Program-made: the position numbers and the translations under genes
Notes under the pieces: generated by a model
The model's database searches: none
Told to the model about the DNA's origin: nothing
The model's input: only the letters and a program-made list of their open reading frames with translations
Shown: positions 10,102 through 17,851 of the stretch, piece by piece
How the letters are laid out: each line of letters opens with the position of its first letter
Numbering within the stretch: position 1 is the first letter of the stretch
Assembly (NCBI GenBank): GCA_965207225.1
Contig: CBDBLV010000003.1
Coordinates: 128,001-192,000 of the forward strand
From: Dehalococcoidia bacterium
GTDB lineage: Bacteria > Chloroflexota > Dehalococcoidia > Plut-88900
Reading direction: 5' to 3'
Length of the DNA: 64,000 nt

Positions 10102-11091
10102 ATGGCCATCTCCATCGCTAGACCCTCCCGACTCCGCCTCCGACGCCCCAGCGCCGAGGCTTTCGTCTGGCTCCTGACCGTCACCCTCCTTATCACCGGC
10201 TCCCTCACCCCCGACCCCAACCCCGACATGCTCCGAAACGTCGGCTGGGGCATCCTCAAGATCCTGCCCGTTCTTGCCATCGCCTCCCTTCTCGCTGGCG
10301 CCTTGACTCTCGGCAACTGGGCCGACCGGGCCCTTTCCTTGCTCAAAGGCGGGACCCTGCGTTCCATATTTATCGCCAGCTTGATCGGCGCAATCACCCC
10401 TGTATGCGGCCTTGGCGTCCTGCCCCTCATCGCCTCCCTTCTCCGCCGCGGCGTACCCCTGGCCCCCATCATGGCCTTCTGGGTCTCTTCTCCCGTCACC
10501 GACCCCAGCATGATGCTCGTCACCGGCGGCATCATCGGCGCCGACTTCGCCATTGCCAAGACCGTCGCCGCCTTTTTCATTGGCCTGTTCGCCGGCCTCG
10601 TCACAGCAGCCATACCCGGTTTCCGAGGCTCGGTCCAGGACATGATGCGCACCGACGCCCTCGAAAATTGCGGTACCTGCGAACCCGACCGCTCCCGCTT
10701 CTGGCCCGAGGTCATTGCCAACTCCCGACTCGCCCTCCGCTGGCTCTCCCTCGCCCTCGTCCTGGAGGTCTTCCTGCAGCGCCTCGTCCCCGACGAATGG
10801 ATCATGTCCCTCTTCGGCGCCGACGCCGGGGCCTCCGTCCCCCTTGCCGTCGTAGTCGGCGCCCCCATGTACCTCGACGGCTACGCCTCCCTCCCACTCG
10901 TCCGCGGCCTCCTCGAAATGGGCATGAGCTTCGGTGCGGCCCTCGCCCTCATGGTCTCCGGCGCAGCCATCAGCCTCTACGCCGCCGTCGCCGTAGTCTC
11001 CGTAGTCCGCACCCGCGTCTTCGCCCTCTACGTCATCCTCGCCCTAATCGGCGCAACAATGGTCGGCTACGCCGCCAACCTCGTCGTCTAA
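10102..11091 (+). CDS. Predicted permease (DUF318/ArsP-like)
   Basis: Multi-TM; GAITPVCGLG, GVPLAPIMAFWVSSP, GAPMY motifs. Confidence 0.85.
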   Translation: MAISIARPSRLRLRRPSAEAFVWLLTVTLLITGSLTPDPNPDMLRNVGWGILKILPVLAIASLLAGALTLGNWADRALSLLKGGTLRSIFIASLIGAITPVCGLGVLPLIASLLRRGVPLAPIMAFWVSSPVTDPSMMLVTGGIIGADFAIAKTVAAFFIGLFAGLVTAAIPGFRGSVQDMMRTDALENCGTCEPDRSRFWPEVIANSRLALRWLSLALVLEVFLQRLVPDEWIMSLFGADAGASVPLAVVVGAPMYLDGYASLPLVRGLLEMGMSFGAALALMVSGAAISLYAAVAVVSVVRTRVFALYVILALIGATMVGYAANLVV

Positions 11092-11303
11092 CCACCCTTC
11101 TCCTCCCCGTCATTCCCGACTCCTCGGGAATCCATCCCTCCGAAACAACCACCCTTCACCCCTCCCAACCCTCACCACCCTCCCCCCTTGATAAAGACAT
11201 ATCAAAAATGCAGTGCATTTTTTGTGTGTCAATATAACAGGGCGGGTGGGTGGGAACTGATTAACTCCCGGGTGGTCGGGGGTATCCCCTCCCCCCACCA
11301 CCA

Positions 11304-11436
11304 AACTAGAGGGATGCACCTGCGCCCTAGCGCCGGTGCATCCCTCTGTTTTTCCCTCCCTCTTAGGACCCGACCCCTAAGGGAGAGGGGGATCAGGGGG
11401 TGAGGCTTCCCCCGTGGGACCGGGGGCGTCCCCCCT
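11304..11436 (+). repeat. Composite repeat ACTAGAGG-[variable hairpin]-CCTCTGTT...GGGAGAGGGGGA (other copies 13164-13322, 13945-14057, 39000-39131 minus; partial near 39885-39965)
   Basis: Conserved flanks with a different hairpin in each copy. Confidence 0.8.
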
Positions 11437-11549
11437 TCAACAAATCAAATCCTGTACCTCAGATACCATGTCCCGTAATGACCGGATGACGCCTGAAATT
11501 ATTCAAGCTCGTCAGGTTCGGGGCACGGGCTCGTACGGTCGGATCTCCA

Positions 11550-12968
11550 TCAGGGCTCGAGTCGGGTGTGCCAGACGAACTCATGCTCGGGTAGCAACTC
11601 CGGGTGGAACGCGCTGACTAAGTCTCGCAACAGGATGTCCACGCGGAAGCTCTGCCCGGTCGCGAAGATGTCGGTCCCGCGGGCGAACTGATGGATGGCT
11701 TGCCCCTCGCTCAGCGCCTTAAATGAGGCGTTGAGCGGCTGGTAGGAGAGGGAGCCGGCTACGGTATCACCCAACCGGGTGTCCGCGAAGTAGGTTGTGT
11801 CGATCCAGATGTCGGCGTCCGCGGCCAGATCGATTACTCGTTCCAGCGATAGCGGCGAGTTCAGCGGTACGTCAGTGATCTCGCGCTGCAGGATCGGGAT
11901 TCCACCGGCATCTTCGATCAGCCGGATATCGATCCGGTTGGCTGGCTTAGTCGCCCAGAGGCCCTGCCTGTTGATCGCACCGAAGAGCACGGTCGGCGCC
12001 TCCGTCGCGGAGTCGGCGACCTGTTGTCGGAGGGCCTGGTAGTTCGCAATCACCGGCTCGAGTACCTCGTTCGCCCGTGCTTCAGCGTTGAAGAAGAGCG
12101 ACACGAACTTGATCTCCTCGGCGCTGCCAAGCGGCGGCTCCCAGAAGGAGTTGTAGGCGACGCCGTTGAGGCCCAACTCCCGGGCCTGATCGGTCAGGTC
12201 ATAGCTGAACGCCACGTGAAAGAGCTCCGGCGCAGCCTCCAGGATGGGTTCGAAGCTGTTCGACGCACGCGCGGGGATGGCTAGCCCGTCTTCGAAGCGG
12301 CGGTTGATGTTCGGCAGGTACTCGAGCCCGGCGGCCCGAACGTTCGCACCGAGCACGGTGTCGGAGAGGCCAAGGGTCTCGAGGGCCACGAACCACCCGC
12401 TGCCGGAGGCGGTCCAGAAGGTGCCTGCCGGGATCGGGATGACGTGCGCGCCTGCGAGATCACCGGAGAGGTCAGGTGTTGGCGCACCGCATTGGACAAG
12501 GACGTACGTATCCTGCCTGGCGTTCTGGACGTAGGGGACGGGTTCGATCGTGAGGACCTTGTAGTGCCCTTGGTAGCGCACACTCCATCCCTCGGCGTAG
12601 ATCGCCTCGACCTTGTCCGGGAAGTAGTCAACACCCGGCTGGAAGTCGCTCAAGCAATCCCGGGGATTGCTGGTGATGGGCGGAGCAGTCGGCGTCGCAG
12701 TTGGGACCGCAGTGGGCGGAGTAGCCGGAATCGTGGTTGGGATCGCTGTGGGCGGAGTCGTCGGAATCGTAGTCGGGACCACTGCGGGCGCAGTAGTCGG
12801 CGTCGCAGTTGGGATCGCTGTGGGCGCAGTCGTCGGAATCGCAGTTGGGACCGCTGTGGGCGCAGTAGTCGGCGTCGGCTCTGAGTCACTGCAAGCCACA
12901 GCGATGCACAAGATCGCTAAAGCCAGCAGCCAAATCGCACCTCTGCGGATTGAAAATTCCTTCAGCAT
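11550..12968 (-). CDS. ABC substrate-binding lipoprotein, iron-siderophore/cobalamin (TroA-like) class, with PT-rich linker
   Basis: Lipobox AVAC, PTxxPTxx repeats, DYFPDK...EPPLGSAEEIKFVSLFFNAE; GGAGG RBS before ATG 12968. Confidence 0.85.
   Translation of the reverse strand: MLKEFSIRRGAIWLLALAILCIAVACSDSEPTPTTAPTAVPTAIPTTAPTAIPTATPTTAPAVVPTTIPTTPPTAIPTTIPATPPTAVPTATPTAPPITSNPRDCLSDFQPGVDYFPDKVEAIYAEGWSVRYQGHYKVLTIEPVPYVQNARQDTYVLVQCGAPTPDLSGDLAGAHVIPIPAGTFWTASGSGWFVALETLGLSDTVLGANVRAAGLEYLPNINRRFEDGLAIPARASNSFEPILEAAPELFHVAFSYDLTDQARELGLNGVAYNSFWEPPLGSAEEIKFVSLFFNAEARANEVLEPVIANYQALRQQVADSATEAPTVLFGAINRQGLWATKPANRIDIRLIEDAGGIPILQREITDVPLNSPLSLERVIDLAADADIWIDTTYFADTRLGDTVAGSLSYQPLNASFKALSEGQAIHQFARGTDIFATGQSFRVDILLRDLVSAFHPELLPEHEFVWHTRLEP
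12676..12878. repeat. 24-nt (8-aa PTTAPTAI-type) tandem repeat within the SBP gene
   Basis: About eight degenerate units visible in DNA and protein. Confidence 0.8.
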
Positions 12969-12987
12969 CAAGTCCTCCAAAGTTATC

Positions 12988-13015
12988 GATATTTATTATC
13001 ATTACTCTAATGATA
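12988..13015 (-). promoter_or_regulatory. Fur-box-like operator upstream of the SBP gene
   Basis: Minus strand AGTAATGATAATAAATATC (12988-13006) matches GATAATGATAATCATTATC at 15/19; overlapping palindrome TATCATTA-CTC-TAATGATA. Confidence 0.6.
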
Positions 13016-13342
13016 TTAGCACTTATTGTATTGTATTAGGTATCCAAAGTCCATTGATATAGTGTATCTATTAATGATACTTCCTCTCTTTACAGTTCTT
13101 CGCTTCAATAAATCACAGTTCAGACAAACTCCCCCCCACCCATCCCCCTCCTCCCTAGTACTGAACTAGAGGCCGACGTGGGTGCGATGCGCCCACGTCG
13201 GCCTCTGTTCTTCTCTCCCCCTCTCCCTTAAAGACCCTAAGAGCCTGCCCCGAGTCCCTCGAGAGGGAGAGGGGGACCAAGGGGGTGAGGGTTCCCCTGG
13301 GGCCCCGGGGGGATATTCCCCCTCAAAGCCGCACATTTGCTC

Positions 13343-13371
13343 TTGACACACCTGTCCGACCGTACTATCAT
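13343..13371 (+). promoter_or_regulatory. sigma70-type promoter of composite element copy 1
   Basis: TTGACA-17-TATCAT, nearly identical to 33642-33670. Confidence 0.75.
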
Positions 13372-13560
13372 ATCCTGCGTTCGAACAAATATCTGATAAT
13401 CCAAGGAGGAACCACAACCCCTAGGGAAGCCCCGAGACCCGACCCAGGGGGCTCAACGCCCGGCCCACCCCAAAGGCCCTCGCGCAGGCCCGAGGCCCAA
13501 GCCAGAGACGTTGTCCCCTCACCACCGGGCCCCGTGCCCCTTCCCTACCTTACCCATCCA

Positions 13561-13870
13561 GGCGATGGAAGGTCCACAACATTAAGCGGCACGCTCCTCA
13601 TATAGGACCCTGCCGAAAAACCTCGGGCTATTACGCCCTTGGAAAAATCTCCCCCGTCGTTCCCCTCGGAGATTCCCCTTAACCCAGCGACGGCAGTGAG
13701 AAAACGTGTTCCCCGCCCCTCCGAGTGGGTCGAGCCAAACTGAAAAACTGGTGGTAGAGACGCCCTCTGGCGAGAACTCCTCGCTTGTCTGCCACGTCAC
13801 AACAGAAACACGGGGCTGAACCAGGCTGGCCTCCCGCCCCCTGAAACTGAGTCCCGGACCTTCCATCGCC
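13561..13870 (+). ncRNA. Putative structured RNA cassette, copy 1
   Basis: 15-bp perfect terminal IR GGCGATGGAAGGTCC/GGACCTTCCATCGCC, internal hairpins, core homologous to 39328-39681; no credible ORF. Confidence 0.55.
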
Positions 13871-14070
13871 GACCCAAAACCCAACAAACACAATGCAAAC
13901 CCAGACCCCACATCCGCATAACTCCTTCCTCCTCTCCAGTATTGAACTAGAGGCAGAGGTTGGCGCTGAAGCGCCCACCTCTGCCTCTGTTCTTCTCTCC
14001 CCCTCTCCCTTGAAGGCCCTAAGGGAGAGGGGGATCGAGGGGGAGAGGGTTTCCCTCCGTTTTTCCCTTT

Positions 14071-14130
14071 AGGCGTCATTCAATCAAAACAGCTACGAGT
14101 TCAATCAACGTTCAATCAATGTTCAATCAA
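14071..14130 (+). repeat. TTCAATCAA direct-repeat block (other copies 34547-34626, 38871-38932 minus)
   Basis: AGGCGTCxTTCAATCAAAxCAGCTACGAG(TTCAATCAAxG)n conserved at three loci. Confidence 0.85.
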
Positions 14131-14226
14131 AACTTCACCCCCCACCGATGCCCTTGACACTCGTTTCCCCTGACAATAACCTTGCCCCACACTTACACGC
14201 ATAACGACGCCCAGGAGCAACTAATC

Positions 14227-15435
14227 ATGCCCATGGTCCTTGAAGGTTTAACCGTCATCGAGCTGTCCACCGGTCAGCAGGGGCCCGTGGCCGGCGCCCT
14301 CCTCGCCGACATGGGCGCCGACGTCATCAAGATCGAGGACAAGGACCACGGCGACCCCGGCCGCAGCGTCCGCACCGAGACCCCCGGACAGGAGCCCTTC
14401 CCCCTCTCCTATTACTTCGAGAACAACAACCGCAACAAGCGCGGCGTCGCCATCGACTACTCCGGCGATGCGGGCATCGAAGTCCTTCGCAAGCTCGTCT
14501 CCAACGCCGACATCTTCCTGTCCAACTTCCCCATAGCCACCCTCGCCGAAATGGGCCTCGACTATCCAAGGCTCTCCGCCGCCAACGAAAAGCTCATCTA
14601 CGCCGTCGCCACCGGCATGGGCCCCACCGGCCCCGACCGCGACAAACCCTTCAATGACATCACAGCCCAGCTTTACGGAGGTATTCAGAGCCACGGCAAC
14701 AGCGACGGCCCCGTCCCCTTCTGGGGCGGCATGGCCAACCAGGAGGACGCCATCCTTCTCGCCTTCGGTATCGTCAACGCCCTCATCGCCCGTGAACGCC
14801 ACGGCGTCGGCCAGGAGGTCTACTCGGCGCTCCTGGGCAGCCAGATTAACTGGGCTGCCCTCAACGTTCAGAGCAACATCTTCAACAAGCGGGAGCCCTG
14901 GGGCATGAAGCGGGAGGCCCCCCTCAGCCCCTTCTGGAACTACTACCAGACCAGGGATGACAGGTGGCTGTGCCTCGGCTTCCTGCAGGAGAATCGCGAC
15001 TGGCACACCCTCTGTCAGGTCCTGGAACGTGAAGACCTGGAGTTCGACCCTCGCTTCGACTCCAATCCCAAGCGCACCAAGATTAACAACCAGGTCCTCA
15101 TCCCCATCATGCGGGAGTGCTTCCTCCAGAAGACCCTCGATGAGTGGGTCGAGATACTGGGCAGGCACGACCTCGGCTGGTCCATTCTCAACGACTACGA
15201 AATGCTCACCGAAGACCCCCAGGTAGTCGCCAATGACTATGTTGTAGACTTTGATCATCCCAAGGTTGGGCCCGTCCAGATGGTCGGTATTCCCGTCCGG
15301 CTTAAGAAGACCCCCGGCTCCCTGCGTTCCCCGGCCCCCGAGCTCGGGGAACACACCGACGAAGTCCTTGGCGCAATAGGTGGTTTTGACGACCAGGCCC
15401 TGCAAGACCTGAGAGACCGGGGCGTCATCAACTAG
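14227..15435 (+). CDS. Family III CoA-transferase, Asn at the catalytic Asp position
   Basis: LADMGADVIKIE, NRNKR, GGMANQED, APELGEHT. Confidence 0.92.
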   Translation: MPMVLEGLTVIELSTGQQGPVAGALLADMGADVIKIEDKDHGDPGRSVRTETPGQEPFPLSYYFENNNRNKRGVAIDYSGDAGIEVLRKLVSNADIFLSNFPIATLAEMGLDYPRLSAANEKLIYAVATGMGPTGPDRDKPFNDITAQLYGGIQSHGNSDGPVPFWGGMANQEDAILLAFGIVNALIARERHGVGQEVYSALLGSQINWAALNVQSNIFNKREPWGMKREAPLSPFWNYYQTRDDRWLCLGFLQENRDWHTLCQVLEREDLEFDPRFDSNPKRTKINNQVLIPIMRECFLQKTLDEWVEILGRHDLGWSILNDYEMLTEDPQVVANDYVVDFDHPKVGPVQMVGIPVRLKKTPGSLRSPAPELGEHTDEVLGAIGGFDDQALQDLRDRGVIN

Positions 15436-15451
15436 CGAGGAGGAGCGGAAA

Positions 15452-16666
15452 ATGGTAATGGCACTGGAAGGCATCCGCGTGGTCGATATGACCGTCTGGC
15501 ATCACGGCCCCGGCGGCGGCACTTTCCTCGCCGACATGGGCGCCGAGGTCATCAAGGTCGAAGAACGCCTCTCAGGCGACCCAGGCAGGCACGGCGGCTC
15601 CCTCGGCGGCGTCGAGAACGAGTACGGCCTCTCATACTATTTCGAGAACAACAACCGCGACAAGAAGAGCTTGGCCATCAACCTCAAGACCGAAAGGGGC
15701 CACGAGGTCATCACCCGGCTCCTCAAGAAGTCCGACATCTTCCTCTCCAACATGCGCAAGAGCGGCCTCGGGCGGCTGGGCCTCAGCTATGAAGAGGTCA
15801 AGGAGATCAACCCCGACATCATATACGCCCACGGCTCGGGCCAGGGCGACCAGGGCCCCCTGCTGAACCGTCAGTCCAACGACATCATCGGCCAGTTCTG
15901 GGGCGGCTACGTCAGCTACGGCTCCGCCGAGGGCCCCATGTCCATCTGGTCCGACTTCGCCGACCGGGGCGGTGCGGTCATGCTCGCCTACGGCGCTGCC
16001 CTCGCCCTCCTCGGCAGGGAGCGGCACGGCATCTCCCAGGAGGTCAACACCTCCCTGCTCGGAGGCCAGGTGCACTTGGGCGCGATCAACTTCCAGCAGC
16101 AGCTCTTCGAAGGCAAGGCCGTCAGCCCCCTCTCCAACGGCGACGGCCACCTCTCCAACCCCTTCTACAACATCTACCAGGACAGGGATGGCGCCTGGCT
16201 CTGCATCGGCGCCGAGGGCACCGACGAAGACTGGGGCGCCCTTTGTGAAGTTCTCGGCACCCCCGGCCTGGAATCCGACCCCCGCTTCGACTCCCAGGCC
16301 AAGCGCACCAACGGCAGCGGCCCCGCCCTCTACGAGTTAATCCGGGACCGCTTCGCCCAAGAGACCATCGACCACTGGCGGTCCGCCCTCGACTCGACCT
16401 CCATCCCCTGGGCGCCCCTCCGCAACTACAATGAAGTCCTCAGCGATCCCCACGTCCTGGAGAACGAGTTCGTCGCAGACCTTGAACACCCTAATAAGGG
16501 CACACTCAAGTACGTCGGGCTTCCGGTGAGGCTCAGCAAGACCCCCGGCAAGCTCCGAATGCCCGCCCCCGACCTCGGCCAGCACACCGAGGAGATCCTC
16601 ACAGAGATCTGTGACTACTCCTGGGACGAGGTCATAGAAATGAAAATCGCCGAGGTGGTCAACTAA
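15452..16666 (+). CDS. Family III CoA-transferase
   Basis: LEGIRVVD, LADMGAEVIKVE, NRDKKS, FADRGG, APDLGQHT; strong RBS. Confidence 0.93.
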   Translation: MVMALEGIRVVDMTVWHHGPGGGTFLADMGAEVIKVEERLSGDPGRHGGSLGGVENEYGLSYYFENNNRDKKSLAINLKTERGHEVITRLLKKSDIFLSNMRKSGLGRLGLSYEEVKEINPDIIYAHGSGQGDQGPLLNRQSNDIIGQFWGGYVSYGSAEGPMSIWSDFADRGGAVMLAYGAALALLGRERHGISQEVNTSLLGGQVHLGAINFQQQLFEGKAVSPLSNGDGHLSNPFYNIYQDRDGAWLCIGAEGTDEDWGALCEVLGTPGLESDPRFDSQAKRTNGSGPALYELIRDRFAQETIDHWRSALDSTSIPWAPLRNYNEVLSDPHVLENEFVADLEHPNKGTLKYVGLPVRLSKTPGKLRMPAPDLGQHTEEILTEICDYSWDEVIEMKIAEVVN

Positions 16667-16691
16667 CCCGACGCAAAATCCCGAATGTGTG

Positions 16692-16733
16692 AACTGGGGT
16701 GAGGTCTTGATATGACCTCACCCCAGTTTTTTT
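16692..16733 (+). terminator. Intrinsic terminator
   Basis: AACTGGGGTGAGGTC/GACCTCACCCCAGTT stem followed by a T-run, after the CoA-transferase pair. Confidence 0.85.
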
Positions 16734-16774
16734 GCGCCAAAACCGTCCCATGCCACCGAGGCTATAATCCCCTC

Positions 16775-17800
16775 ATGCGCTACCCCTGGGCCAACATCCT
16801 CCTCCTCATCTTCATCCTCGCCGACATGGTCTCCGGCTTCTTCGGCCTTATCTCCGGCTCCGAGGACCGTGCCATCTACATCCAGCTCCATCGTGTCTCA
16901 GGTTACGGCATTCTCGCCGTCCTGGCCTGGAAAGTGGCCAACATCATCCGCTCCTTCAAGTGGCCCAAGAAAAAGCCGGTCCGCATCGCCTCCCTTGCCC
17001 TCGCAGTTGTCCTCGTCGTCACCCTTGTCCTTGGATTCGTCTGGTCCATCTTCGGCGACTTCAGCTGGTGGATGTTCAGCGGCGTCAGCTGGCACATCTA
17101 CGCGGGCGTAGTCTTGCTGCCAATACTCCTCTGGCATGCCTGGTACATGTTCCGAGGCCCGCCCATCTCCTTCTGGGCCGAGCGTCGGTCAGTCCTTAGG
17201 GTCGGTGGTATTGCCATAGCTGGGTTCCTCGCATGGCAGCTCACTGAGGCCGTCGCCCGCGCCGCCCCCCTCCCCGGCTCCACCCGGCGCTTCACAGGCT
17301 CCTACGAAAAAGGCAGCTTCGCCGGCAACGACTACCCGGTCGTATCCTGGCTAAACGACAGGCCTGCACCCATCAACGTAGAAGATTGGTCACTGAAGGT
17401 CTCAGGTGAAGTGGAAAGAGAGCTAACCCTGACTTTTGACGACCTCACCCAACTCTCCGAGAAAACCGCCACCATCGACTGCACCGGCGGCTGGTTCTCA
17501 AAGCAGCGCTGGGAAGGCGTCCCCCTCGCCCGAGTCCTGCATGAGGCCCGTCCCTCCGAGACCACCCGCAGCGTCCTCGTTCGCTCAGTCACTGGATACT
17601 ACAGGCGCTTCCCTCTCGACGACGCCCAGGACTTCCTGCTCGCCACTCATGTCACCGGCCAGCGGTTGTCCCACGGCCACGGATTCCCCGTTCGCCTGGT
17701 CGCCCCCGACCGGCGCGGCTTCGAATGGGTCAAGTGGGTCACGGAAATCGAAATCACCGAGACCCCGTCCTGGTGGCAACCACCCCTCCCCACCCAATAA
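16775..17800 (+). CDS. Membrane-anchored molybdopterin-dependent oxidoreductase (sulfite oxidase family)
   Basis: N-terminal TMs with His residues; IDCTGGW, WEGV, HGFPVRLVAP...KWV. Confidence 0.88.
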   Translation: MRYPWANILLLIFILADMVSGFFGLISGSEDRAIYIQLHRVSGYGILAVLAWKVANIIRSFKWPKKKPVRIASLALAVVLVVTLVLGFVWSIFGDFSWWMFSGVSWHIYAGVVLLPILLWHAWYMFRGPPISFWAERRSVLRVGGIAIAGFLAWQLTEAVARAAPLPGSTRRFTGSYEKGSFAGNDYPVVSWLNDRPAPINVEDWSLKVSGEVERELTLTFDDLTQLSEKTATIDCTGGWFSKQRWEGVPLARVLHEARPSETTRSVLVRSVTGYYRRFPLDDAQDFLLATHVTGQRLSHGHGFPVRLVAPDRRGFEWVKWVTEIEITETPSWWQPPLPTQ

Positions 17801-17851
17801 TATCGGCCTCTCCGTTCGCGTGAACAGTGCCACTCAGGAGCGTGGTAAAGC

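Noticed and set aside
12676-12878. CRISPR-like periodic repeat
   Set aside because: In-frame coding repeat for a Pro/Thr linker
13561-13870. Stand-alone MITE, retron or HDV-like ribozyme
   Set aside because: No target duplication and flanks are conserved between copies; no RT gene in the window; no P3/P4 elements of the HDV fold
14071-14130. CRISPR array
   Set aside because: Units are 9-11 nt with no unique spacers, and there are no cas genes
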